Positions 48,164 to 59,542 of a DNA stretch of 64,000 nt are shown one piece after another. Source of the DNA: Carcharhinus amblyrhynchos (taxonomy: Eukaryota); the NCBI GenBank assembly GCA_965287045.1, contig OZ336873.1:103416001-103480000 (forward strand), read 5' to 3'. The stretch's first letter is position 1; every line of letters begins with the position of its first letter. Below the pieces are notes generated by a model. That model had not been told where the DNA came from and made no database searches. It worked only from the letters and a program-made list of their open reading frames with translations. Made by a program: the position numbers and the translations under genes.

Positions 48164-48996
48164 CTATGTTGGAGAGGCACCTGATCTACTTGGTCCTGAA
48201 TGACATTGGCCCTGCATCCTCTGTGGATGGCTTGGGGGGTCTAACAATGTTTGAAGTCTCCTGATAAGTGGCATGAGGACCTTCTGTACCGTGTCAATGA
48301 TGGAGGGGTGGAAGAACGTTCTTCCTTCAACAGAAGTGCCCTGAGTGGTGCTACCAGATGGTGGCAGCTGCTGTTCATCTTCCACCATGAGGACCAATTA
48401 GTCCACTCTGCCCTTCCATGAAGTTCCAGGAGCTGGTGAGATGTCCAGGCCATAGGTTCTCCTGGGTTTGGGCTCCTGAGCTCAAACCCAGGGCAATAGA
48501 GAGCAGGACAGAGGGCATCCCCATGATTGCTTCTGCAATACAGTGGGTTTGCCCGCTCAGGACAGACACCAGTCTGTCTGTGGAGGAAGGTTGGAGTTCT
48601 GAAGAGTGGATGATTGCTGTGCACGTGGATTGGACGGACACTTCCACAGTTTAGGTTGGAGCACACAACCCTATGGTATATCTGCCAAATTCCCATGCAC
48701 CCCATGTTGGATAGCCAACATCTGCCATCCTCACGGATAACTCCAGAGGTTCATCAGCCAACTTAGACGCAGTCTCTGGAATATCTGAGGCACTCCTCCA
48801 ACTGTCAGAGGCTTGTTCGACAACATTCTGCATGGGCAAATGTGAAGTACCCTCACCGGTTTGTGATTGCCATGTTTCTGCAACACCAATCCCTGCCAAG
48901 CTGTCAGTACCTGCACTGGTGCTTGGTACAGGGATGCGATGCTGCTCTGAGGCTTCCCCTGCCTCAGGTTGGCAGGCTCAGAAGACGATGGTTCAC
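48164..48996 (-). pseudogene. Probable C-terminal exon of the Harbinger second (Myb/SANT-type) gene, decayed
   Basis: Minus-strand acceptor ttttctctgtctgtgctgcacag at 48997; overlapping S/P/E/Q-rich partial ORFs (..KLADEPLELSVR..; ..STDRLVSV..); convergent with transposase. The Myb domain itself is not seen. Confidence 0.5.
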
Positions 48997-49133
48997 CTGT
49001 GCAGCACAGACAGAGAAAAAGGCCTTGATTAGTCTTTCACAACTTTCATGGGGTGTGTGAACACTCAGGGTTAAACATCATTAGCACTATATGGATTATG
49101 AGATATGTCATAGTGGATCAATTAAACCATTTA

Positions 49134-49662
49134 TAACAAAGAACAAACAAAATTACAGCACAGGAATAGGTCCTTTGGCCCTTCAAGCCTGCATCAACCA
49201 TGCTGCCCGACTGAACTAAAACCGCTACCCTTCCTGGAACCATATCCCTCTATTCTGACCCTATTTATGTATTTGTCAAGATGTCCCTAAAAGTCACTCG
49301 TGTATCTGCTTCTACTACCTCTCCCAGCAGCGAATTCTAGCACCCACCACCTCTATGTAAAAAACTTGCCTTATACATCTCCTCTAAACCTTGCTCCTCA
49401 TACCTTAAACCTACGCCCGTTAATAATTGACTCTTCCACCCTGGGAAAAAGCTTCTGACTATCCACTCTGTCCATGTCCCTCAATTTTTGTAGACTTCTA
49501 TCAGGTTGCCCCTCAACCTCCATCGTTCCAGTGAGGACAAATTAAGTTTCTCCAATCTCTCCTCATTGCTAATGCCCTCCATACAAGTCAACATCCTGGT
49601 AAATCTCTTCCGTACCCTCTCCAAAGCCTCCACATCCTTTTGGCAGTGTGATGACCAGAATT
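49134..49662 (-). mobile_element. CR1 LINE 3' fragment
   Basis: Reverse: FWSSHCQKDVEALERVRKRFTRMLTCMEGISNEERLEKLNLSSLERWRLRGNLIEVYK; aacaaagaacaa tail. Confidence 0.92.
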
Positions 49663-49867
49663 TCTACCTGGCAGAGGCAAAGTTAGCGGAAGGTCTTGGG
49701 GTGGTGTGATGGAAAGAACTTTGCCCAAATTTGGGACAGAGTTGGGGAGAGGGCTGGGGGAGGGCAAGTGATGGCATGCTTACATGTGTTGTAAATTTGA
49801 CTATTACTGAAACAGGCATTTTACTTGAAGCTTTTTGTCATGCACTTATCAGTACAATCACAATCAT

Positions 49868-50345
49868 CTTTTCTTAGACAGTCCTTCAGAGTTGAGGATG
49901 ATTAGCTTCCAAATTAAAAATAAGTTTGCAGGTGACTGAAGAGTCCAATGCACCAGTCATCTGAGAACTACAGTCTTTGTCACAAAAATTAAAAATTAAA
50001 ATTTATTTATTAGTCGCAAGTAAGGCTTACATTAACACTGCAACAAAGTTACTGTGAAATTCCCCTAGTCGCCACATTCCAGCACCTATTCGGGTCAATG
50101 CACTTAACCAGCACGTCTTTCAAATTGTGGGAAGAAACCAGAGCATCCGGAGGAAACCCATGCAGGCACAGGGAGAATGTCAAACTCTATACAGACAGTG
50201 ACCCAAGCCGGGAATTGAACCTGGGTCCCTGGGTGAGACAGCACTGCTAACCACTGTGCCAACGTGCTACCTCAAGTGGGGCAGATGGTGGTTAGAGGAA
50301 CAGGTGTGTGAAGTGCCAGCGATAACACGTGCCCATTTCTCTGTC
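49868..50345 (-). mobile_element. RTE-like LINE 3' end, split by a V-SINE
   Basis: ttcttagacagtccttcagagttgaggatga..cttcca resembles reverse RTE 3' ends; gtctttgtcaca resumes agtggggcagatggtggtt after the SINE. Confidence 0.55.
49995..50272 (-). mobile_element. V-SINE with Rex1/Babar-like tail (short variant)
   Basis: tttattagtcgcaagtaaggcttacattaacactgcaacaaagttactgtgaaa...gccgggaattgaacctgggtccc..gctaaccactgtgcca. Confidence 0.9.
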
Positions 50346-51440
50346 ATTGCTTGACTTCAGCTGGTCAGCTGGGGAGTTAATCCCCTCAACAAACAGCATA
50401 ATTGATAGTGGTTAGCTTCTGACCTGTGCTTGCATCCACCAACTGCATGAGAGCACAGTGATGTCAGGATAAGTGTTCAACATTGTCACACACCATTTAA
50501 CATGCTTCTGAGTCAAGTATGGGCTTGGCTGGCAGATTTTACCCTCTGTTTATCAATGCCATCTCTTGTTGAGAGATAATGTAACTTTGGAGGAACAGAG
50601 CAACTCGGACAGCTACCTGCTGGTTTCCATTCTTCACTGCTTGTGCAGTCACTGAAAGTTTTGGTTAAATTTAGACTTAATAACAGTAAGTAATGTTAGT
50701 CTCATTATTGGTATAGCAGTATCTAGTCTGTATTCTTTTTATTGAGATATCATGAGCATAGCTAATAGATTGTTGCATTCCAATATTCATGTGATCCAAA
50801 TAACATTCTCTAGATTAAAATTTCAAAATATCCATATAATTCAAGTTTGCTGGAGATTTAGATGGAGAATCACCCCATTAAATTCACATTTACCTCTTCA
50901 CAAATTACCCTTGTTCCACTAGATGTGATACTTATTCTTTTTTGACTGGTAAAGTGAATTTAACTGGAATTTAAATGATACAATTCTCTACTGAAGCTAC
51001 ATGCTTTGCTAATTGGATCATTACCCTCCTATTAAGGCCTGCTGCTACACATCCCTCTTGTTGATTCATTTGTGGAATTTAAAATCATTCATTTTTACTT
51101 TTCCAGGAAGAAGCTTATCAAACATTTTTCTTGGTTGTAGGGGCTTGTCAGCTCAGGACATGGCAACCTCATAAGAGCATGGTTGTTTGAAGCAGCCAAT
51201 AAATCCACAGGAGACAATTTTCATTTGAGCAAATAGTGGAAATGATGACCATTGGGTACTGTATTTGCAACAGTAGCAATTTGTCCACATGACAGTGATA
51301 AGCAACACCACCTGGCTGTTAACTCTTCCCCATCACTCACCAGTACTGTGGAGCCACCACAGGTGACCTGTCTTGTACAGGGGTATCAATATTTCATTAA
51401 ACATATTAAAGACTGACATTTAGACACTTGGGTGGACTTT

Positions 51441-51715
51441 GTGGGTGGCACAGTGGTTAACATCACTGCCCTCACATTGCCAGGGACCTGTGTTCGATTC
51501 TGACTTGGTTCACTGTCTAAATGCAGATTCTCCCCGTGTCTGCGTGGGTTTTCTCCAGATGATCCAGTTTCCTCCCATAGTCCAAAAGAAGTTCAGTTAG
51601 GTACATTGACCACACTAAATTTTCCTCAACGTACCTGAACAGGAGTGAGGTGATTAGGGGATTTTCATGCCAGAGTTGATGGAAGCCTAGCTGTGACACT
51701 AATAAATAAACTTTA
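51441..51715 (+). mobile_element. V-SINE with degenerate Rex1/Babar-like tail
   Basis: gggtggcacagtggttaac..gggacctgtgttcgattc..V-domain..gtgacactaataaataaacttt. Confidence 0.85.
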
Positions 51716-52495
51716 AAACTTTACAGGGGAACTGATTACTCACCCACTCAACCTCAACTGAAAAATCCTTCAACACCTCGCTGTCCAGAAGCCCTGCTGC
51801 TCTGCAAACTAATAAGCTGGGACTAACCTTAATTAGTTTACAGTGGCACTTCCGCTCCTATCTGGAGGAAGTCCCGCCCTCGCCGGTCTGATTATCTGGC
51901 ATCTCTATGTTTCCAACAGTCCCAAAAGCAAGTAGTGGTCACTTCTAGAACTACAGCAGTCCAGGAAGAAGATGAGCAATGGATTTGTGCTTGGGTTTTA
52001 GAGGCCAGGGAGGGTAGGATGAAAGTAATGTATAACTTTTGGGGCAATTGCCTCAAAATCCTCTTCCTACTCCCCCACTCATCAAGGAGGTATCCTCAAC
52101 TTCCTGTCTGCCAGCAGCCCGTGCATGAAAGCTGCTGGGCTGCTCTTCTTGCCCACATGTTCCTCAGCCAGCTATAAAACTATAGCCATGGGGCAGTGAG
52201 GCCCTTAAGTGGTCAATAGTTGGTCACTTTACAGCTTCAATAGGCCTAAGGGTGGGAGGTCCTAAGGGTGGGTGAACATGTTTTTCACACCCTGTATTAT
52301 AGGAGATAGATCAGGGATGGGGGGAAAGGTGGAAGACAGGCCATTCATTCTATTTTGTAAGCCCCTGCCTTCAGATACACTAACAAGGTGTGTAAAACTT
52401 ACTGTTTAAAAACATCCAAGGACATTGAGATTGGGCAGGAAAATAGTGTTATATATTTAAGTGGTTGTGTGATTACTTTAAGAGCTGGTCACATT

Positions 52496-52845
52496 GGGTG
52501 GCACAATAGCACAGTGGTTAGCACTGCTGCTTCACAACTCCAGGGTCCTGGGTTCAATTCCTGGCTCGGGTCACTGTCTGTGTGGAGTTTGCACATTCTC
52601 CTTGTGTCTATGTGGGTTTCCTCTGGGTACTCCGGTTTCCTCCCACAGTCTAAAGGTATGTGGGTTAGGTTGATTGGCCATGCTAAGAAATTGCCCCTTT
52701 GTGTCTAGGGATGTGTAGGTTAGAGGGACTAGGGGGTATAATATGTAGGGAAATGGGGGTAGGGCCTGGGTGGAATTGTGTTCGGTGCAGACTCGATGGG
52801 CCAAAGGGCCTCTTCCTGCACTGTAGGGTTCTATGGTTTAATGAT
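52496..52845 (+). mobile_element. HE1-type V-SINE, full length (CR1 tail)
   Basis: gggtggcacaatagcacagtggttagcactgctgc..gggttcaattcc..gactcgatgggccaaagggcctcttcctgcactgtagggttctatg. Confidence 0.92.
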
Positions 52846-53048
52846 TATGTCATTGGGGTGTTTCACAGGCTCCTATTTTAGATTCATTTTCTAATCTGTA
52901 CTGGTAATAGCGGCTTCACTAAATCTCTTGTTGCTATTCTGAGTTTACATGTGAAAGCAGTGAGCGGGATTCTCTAGCTAAACACTCTCCAAGACTGGAA
53001 ATTCTGACCCTTGCTCAACGGGCCTTTGGATGGTCTCACCTGCTACGA

Positions 53049-54033
53049 CATGGAGACCCTAGATAGAGTGCAGAGGAGGTTTACCAGGATGCTGCCTGGT
53101 ATGGAAGTAACATAACATAACATAAGTAACATAAGTAACATAAGAAATAGGAGCAGGGAAAGATTGGGTAAACTGGGGCTCTTTTCCTTAGAAAGACGGA
53201 GATTAAGGGGAGATCTGATAGAAGTGTATAAAATAATGAAGGGTATAGGTAGAGTAAACAGTGGCAGGCTTTTTCCTAGATTGGAGACAAATATCACGAG
53301 GGGCCACGAGCTTAGGGTGAGGGGGGAGAAATATAATTTGGATGCCAGAGGGAGGTTTTTCACACAGAGGGTCATAGGGGTATGGAGTGCACTACCAAGT
53401 AAGGTGGTGGAGGCAGGCACACTGGACTTGTTTAAGGCTTACTTAGATAGACACATGAGTGAAACAGGGATGGAGGGTTTTGGAGACGGTTTTAAATAAG
53501 GGTCAGAGCCTTGGGACGTTTCTGGAAACGTAATGTTACATGTGTTGATGTTTTGTCTCTTTTACTCCGCAGGTGTGTCGGTCCACCTTGTTGTCTAATG
53601 AGGGGCATGCACACGGTGGGTCGTGCATGGGCTGCTCTTGGATGTTTCGAGAGTGGCTTAGTACTTCGCGTCGTTTGTGTATGCTTAAAACTGGACCAGC
53701 AGATGGGCACCACAACAGCTCAGTGACTATCACTGCTAGCTGTGCAGATACATGGATTTGGGCCAGTGTCTGTGGGAGTTTGCGCATTCTCCCTGTGGTT
53801 GCGTGGGTTTCCTCCGGGTGCTCCAGTTTCCTCCCACACCCCAAAGATATGCTCTTAGGCTGATTGGTGTAACAAATTGTCCCTAAAGTATTCTCCCCGA
53901 ATCTGGTTTCCAATGGGGATACCATAAGCATAGACACGGGTCAAGGGAGGTGTAGGAAAAATACATTGTTAAGATGGTGGTGCGGGCTCGTTGGGCCGAA
54001 GGGCCTGTTTCCCGTGCTGTGTTGTTCTTTGTT
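53049..54033 (+). mobile_element. CR1 LINE 3' fragment with ~530-nt 3' UTR containing a V-SINE remnant
   Basis: DMETLDRVQRRFTRMLPGME..LGKLGLFSLERRRLRGDLIEVYKIMKG..FFTQRVIGVWSALP..GMEGFGDGFK* (stop 53499), then UTR with V-domain at ~53765-53885 and CR1 terminal motif; apparently inserted in a MITE (52961-53048 / 54034-54069). Confidence 0.9.
53108..53156 (-). mobile_element. ~50-bp extreme-3' CR1 tail inserted antisense within CR1
   Basis: taacataacataacataagtaacataagtaacataagaaataggagcag = reverse of ctgctcctatttcttatg(ttacttatg)n. Confidence 0.8.
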
Positions 54034-54131
54034 GATTCTCTCAGTCGGCAAGCTAGGAGAATTTTGACCAACATCTTTTCTTTATGTTTAAAACTCACAA
54101 TGTCTAACATAGTTAGGGCATTACAAATAGC

Positions 54132-54452
54132 TGGGGTGACATGGTGGCACAGTGGCCAGCACTACTACCACACAGCACCAGGGACCCGGGTTCGATTCTC
54201 GGCCTGGCTCACTGTGCAGAGTTTGCACGTTCTCCCTGTGTCTATGTGGGTTACCTCCGGGTGCTCTGGTTTCCTCCCACACTCCAAAGATGTGTGGGTT
54301 CGGTGGATTGGCCAAGCTAATTTGCCCCTTAGTGTCGGGGGACTAGCTAGGGTAAATGCATGGGGTTATGGGGGTTGAGCTTAGGTGGTATTGTGGTCAG
54401 TGCAGACTTGATAGGCCAAATAGCCTCCTTCTGTAATGTACAATCCTATGAT
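54132..54452 (+). mobile_element. HE1-type V-SINE, full length (CR1 tail)
   Basis: ggtggcacagtggccagcac..gggacccgggttcgattctcggc..V-domain..gcagacttgataggccaaatagcctccttctg. Confidence 0.92.
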
Positions 54453-54714
54453 AAATAGAGTTGAGGTTGAAGCCATGAGCTTATTGAATGGCAGACCCTA
54501 TGTCTGCTCCTTTTTCCTATATCTTTAGTAAGTGTTTGGAATTTCCTATGACCAGGAAATTCGCACCCAGAAATGCACACTCCAACTTTTAAGTACCTGA
54601 GCATTAATTTTAATACTGAGTATATGCCTAAAGTACTCAAGTGGAAAATGCTGCCCCTTGGCTTCAACTGCAACTCTCATGCGCAGAGAATGTTCTGTTC
54701 GTACATGGTTGCAA

Positions 54715-54992
54715 TCATAGAATCACAGAATCCCTACAGTTCAGAAGGAGGCTATTCGGCCTATTGAGTCTGCACTGACAACAATCCCACTGAGGCCCTA
54801 TCCCTGTAACCCCACATATTTATCCCACTGATCCCTCTAAGTTACGCTTCCCAGAACACTAAGGGGCACTTCAGCGTGGCCAGTCAACCTAACCCACACA
54901 TCTTTGGTCTGTGAGGGGAAACCAGATTACCTGGAAGAAACGCATGCAGACACAAGGAGAATGTGCAAACTCCACACAGACAGTGACCCAGC
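54715..54992 (-). mobile_element. HE1-type V-SINE, head missing
   Basis: atcatagaatcacagaatccctacag..gaatgtgcaaactccacacagacagtgaccca. Confidence 0.9.
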
Positions 54993-57900
54993 CAATTTAA
55001 AAGGCAATTTAAATATTTTGACAGCATAAGGGACAGTAAGTGCACTCCATACATATATGTGAACTGCAATGATTTTCACACATATTAAGAAATCCAAAAG
55101 ACTCTCTCAGCACCTCTGTCTCCAGGTTTGACACAAGGCCGGATTTATACTGTGAACAATCTCCTCTGGGGTCTCACACTGCCCCATCCCTGACTCTGGC
55201 CTTATGTGGCAACATGATAATGCAAACACTGTGAATGGCTACTCAATGCCCACTCTGCGGCAACAGTATAATTGTATCCGAGATTCAGTGCAGTGGATCT
55301 GAAACTGGGCTATAGCAAAGAGCTTAATTTGAAATCTTAAAATGAGCTGTTTGTACAATCTTCTCTGTTTATCAACAATCCAATTTCATTGGTTGTTGAA
55401 TGTTTATGAGCAGATCATGGGCTTGCCCAGAGCATTCATCACCATGGTCAGAGAGGAATGCGGATTTAGCAGTATAACTTAGATCTGTGGTCTGCATCCC
55501 CGCGAAGCTCTACTTGTAATATAGTGATGTCCCGAGCAATTTTGTTATTTAATACAATAGTTAATTTAGTTTGTACATTTTGTGTAAAACAAAATGATAT
55601 TTAGATTGTTTCTTCCGAATAAATAATTACTTGTTTGACTTTAGGTTTGACTTTAAAAGTCATATTTATAGCTTTTATTTAAGTAAAAGAGAACATCCAT
55701 GATTCATTTATAAATACACAGTCTATCATGTTGGGCTTTGACTTATATCTGCAATGCAGCAAAATAAGTCTCAGGGACCACTGAGGTTTCAACAAGTTCT
55801 GAGGTCACTGTTTTGAGCTTAAAGTGACTTTAGGCATGGACGACATGAAGGCTGTAAGAAGAGTTAACAACACATATTCCAGCATTAGCTGTTGTATTAG
55901 AAAATGCTTCTTTTAAAAGCTCATGTAGAGCTTCTTTGATGATATCTTCACATTTTGAACAAGTATTGTTTTTCCAAGAGACTTCCTGTCAACTTTAATA
56001 ATTAAATGGAATAAATAACTTCTGTGGATCTTAAACATTTTGAACATGTGATGTTAGGTGCAGCAGTGTTGATTAGACAAGAGTGATAGCTAGCAAGTTC
56101 ATTGTAAGTAACATGAGGCAATGAGGCCAAAATGTTCTTCATTTTGATACATTATTACTGCCATGAAATATATAAATAGATCAGATGGTGGAAAGTTCAA
56201 GTTTTTCTGCAGTGTATGCAAACACTTCGCCGTGGTACAAGAACAGGTCTTTATCAATCTGACTGGCCTACTTTTCAGCAACTAGTTTCACCACAACTTA
56301 AAAGTAGCTCTTGCAAATTGTTGACTTCGGGCAGGACTCTCCTATCCCACTGCAGTGAAGGCAGATTTGGCTGAGCATCAAATTCTCCCTCCTCTCTGGC
56401 AACAATGGTGGGTGTGAACAGCCAAAGAACTCCAGCCATGGTTTTGAATGAACTCAATGCAGGTTTATTTAACAGCTTGAAGTCCAAGATGGAGGAGAGA
56501 TAAAAAAACCCATTTAAGCCTCTGATGACATCACAGCACATCATGTGACTAGTCACACAGGGATGCAGTGTTTTAAAATACACAGCAGAGGTAAAACCAA
56601 CTCTTTGATCTATCTTGTCCCACTAACTTTCAATTTAGCTCAGTGTCACATTTTCTTAGATAAGACTTGCGTGAGATACCTGGGGAAATTTTATTATGTT
56701 CAAGACTTTGTTCAAATGCCAATTTTGAACAAAACGTATCTGAGTACACAGTGATTTTGATGTGGTGAAAAAGCAAGTTGAAAATCTTAGTGTACATGAG
56801 TGAATGAATAAAAAAAATCATTGCCTGAAGCTCACTGAAATAACATATACCTAGTGCAATTTTTTTCTACAATTACTCATTCAATTCTTCAATATACCCT
56901 GTCAGCAGCTTATAATAGTGTGGCAGAAATTGAGAAATGATTTAAAGACTTTTTCAGAGTTATAATAATTCTTCTAAGACTGTAGAGAGGACTGCATGAA
57001 AAACATTAAGCTTCACAGAAGTTGTTAAACATGAAAAAGGATGACTCCTTGAAACGAAAAGGCTATGGATCAACTGAGAGATTATTTGAACAGCTTTTAA
57101 ATCCAGACATCAGAAATTCATGTTTGACATGTGGATTGAATGCAGATAGGTGGCTAATAAAGGGGCAAGCAGATATAGATTAGCTCAGGGATTGATTTGA
57201 AAATGTGGAATCTGTGTGAGTATTAAAGAAAAGCAACATATAATAGAGAGCATCAATCCAGAAAGTCTAGAAGTCAGCTCTGGGTGATAACCATGTTCCT
57301 TTTTTTTTAACTAAATTCGAACTGCCCCAAAAGATAGCAACACACCTGAGGAATGTATAAGTAAGGGATATTTAGCCTGCACAGGACTACATGCTTTTCC
57401 TGATTATTGTTTGACACAGGATTTACTGAGATAGACAGTGTTTTTTTTTACTTCCATTTTACGGATCATAAACTGGCATGGAGATAGGTCTCTGCATGGA
57501 GCCAAAAGGGGAAGCTTCACCTTGCAAAAATCCTGATGAATAGACTTCAAAAAGTGAATACATAAGTGATGATAGGTGAGATAAAGGGAAAGTCAAAGAA
57601 ATGGAAGTTTGGGAGAAGGATGGTTGCAGTAACAAAGGTAACAAAAATCAATTTATTCCATTATCACATATATACTTTTCACATTCCTCATTGCTGCAGT
57701 CAACTGTTGACCCACAATTGTCACATGCTGATCATTTCAAAACATGCTAATACATCTAAAAGATTTCTATAAGCTGTCTTATCTGAATGCTAACAGCCAG
57801 TTTTAGGACACAACTTTCCTCCAATGCATAAAATGATTCACAGAAATCAAGAAGCATATTTTCATTACCTTAGTTTCTAACTTTAAATAGGTGGGATGGA

Positions 57901-58072
57901 TTTCTGATTGGACATCTTGCTTTTCAACCAGAATAAATGTCACCGAGTGACGAGTGGAGAATGGTGAAAGATTAATATCACTGGGGAAGCAGGAAAAATG
58001 TGGAAGAACTTGGAAGAGCTCCTTGTGCTCCATGTGGGAAGCAGGGAATATTTCTAGTGCCCATGGCCAGCA

Positions 58073-58245
58073 GATTTCAAGAGGAAATTAGATATAGCTC
58101 TAGGGGTGAAAGGGGTAAGGAGACGTGGGAGGAAAGTCAGGATCATAATATTGAATTTGATGATCAGTCATGATCATAATGAATGGTGGAGCAGGCTCAA
58201 AAGGATCGAAAGGCCTCCTCCTGCTTTTATTCTCTACATTTCTTT
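58073..58245 (+). mobile_element. CR1 3' tail inserted in the ORF1 zinc finger
   Basis: gatttcaagaggaaattagatatagctctaggggtgaaaggggtaagg..gaatggtggagcaggctc..tctctacatttct separates GQH from VCR of host ORF1. Confidence 0.8.
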
Positions 58246-58686
58246 GTGTGCAGGTAGTATCTCCAGCTGGAAACGCAGGGTTTGAGTTGGAGCAGCAGCT
58301 GAAACACTGCAGAACATCCATAAAGCTGAGAGCATTGTAAATAGCATATTCAGAGTCATGGTCACAGCCCAGGCTAAGACTCCACACACAGAAAGAGAAT
58401 TGGTGACCACCTGGAAGAGTAACTGCCACCTAGGCAGGCAGTGCAGGAACCCTATGTGGTCCAATGCACTGCAGAACAGATGTTCCATTTTGGATAATGT
58501 TGAGGAGGGGATGGCTTCCCAGTAACAGTCCAATTTGTTGTGCCACAGTTGGTTCTGCTGCATTGAAGAGGAGGAGAAAGTGTGGGAATTCAATAATTGT
58601 AGGGGACTTAATTGTCAGGGGAATAGATTGGCATTTCTGTGGCCGCAGACGAGACCCCAGGATGGTATGTTGACTTCCTGTTGCTA

Positions 58687-59542
58687 CATAAGAACATAAG
58701 AAATAGGAGCAGGAGTAGGCCATCTAGCCCTTCGAGCCTGCCCCGCCATTCAATAAGATCATGGCTGATCTGTCGTGGCTCAGTTCCACATTCCCGCCCT
58801 CTCCCCATAACCCTTAATCCCCTCTCTTATCAAAAACCCATCAACCCGCTTCTTAAAAATATTTAGCGAGGCAGCCTCCACCACTTCAACGGGCAGAGAA
58901 TTCCAGAGATTCACCACCCTTTGAGTGAGGAAGTTCTTCCTCAACTTCGTTCTAAACCGCCCCCCCTTTATCTTGAGGCTGTGCCCCCTAGTCCTACTGT
59001 CCTTTCTGAGCGGGAAGAGTCTCTCCACCTCTATCCTATCCATCCCATTCATCATCTTATATGTCTCAATGAGATCTCCCCTCATTCTTCTAAACTCTAA
59101 CGAGTACGTGCCTAGTTTATTCAGCCTCTCCTCATAGCTCAACCCCCTCAACTCCGGCATCAGCCTAGTAAACCTCCTCTGCACTCCCTCCAAGGCCAAA
59201 ATATCCTTGCGTAAGTACGGCGCCCAAAACTGCACACAGTACTCCAGCTGCGGCCTCACCAATGCCCTATATAGCCGCAGCAAGACCTCCCTACCTTTAT
59301 ATTCAATCCCCCTCGCTATGAAGGCCAGCATCCCATTCACCTTCCTGACCACCTGCTGCACCTGCAAGCTGGGTTTTTGCGACGCATGCACAAGGACCCC
59401 GAGGTCCCTCTGCACCGTCGCCTGCTGCAGTTTTTCGCCACTTAAGTAATAATCCTTCCTACCATTATTCCTACCAAAGTGGACCACTTTGCACTTGCCA
59501 ACATTAAATTCCATTTGCCAGTTCCTGGCCCATTCGCCACAC
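58687..59542 (-). mobile_element. Young 5'-truncated CR1 with uninterrupted ORF2 C-terminus
   Basis: 244-aa open frame (58780-59514) MEFNVGKCKVVHFG..RPQLEYCVQFWAPY..QRVVNLWNSLP; CpGs retained; (cataagaa)n tail; sits between cctgttgcta and tcaaggacgtc of host ORF1. Confidence 0.97.

Larger units (their letters stand above)
46185..49130. mobile_element. Decayed PIF/Harbinger DNA transposon (two convergent genes)
   Basis: Plus-strand Harbinger transposase relic and a minus-strand low-complexity second-gene exon converging at ~47750-48160; outer ends uncertain. Confidence 0.8.

Noticed and set aside
58780-59514. 244-aa ORF as a functional gene
   Set aside because: Only the C-terminus of CR1 ORF2 in a 5'-truncated copy; lacks RT core and promoter.
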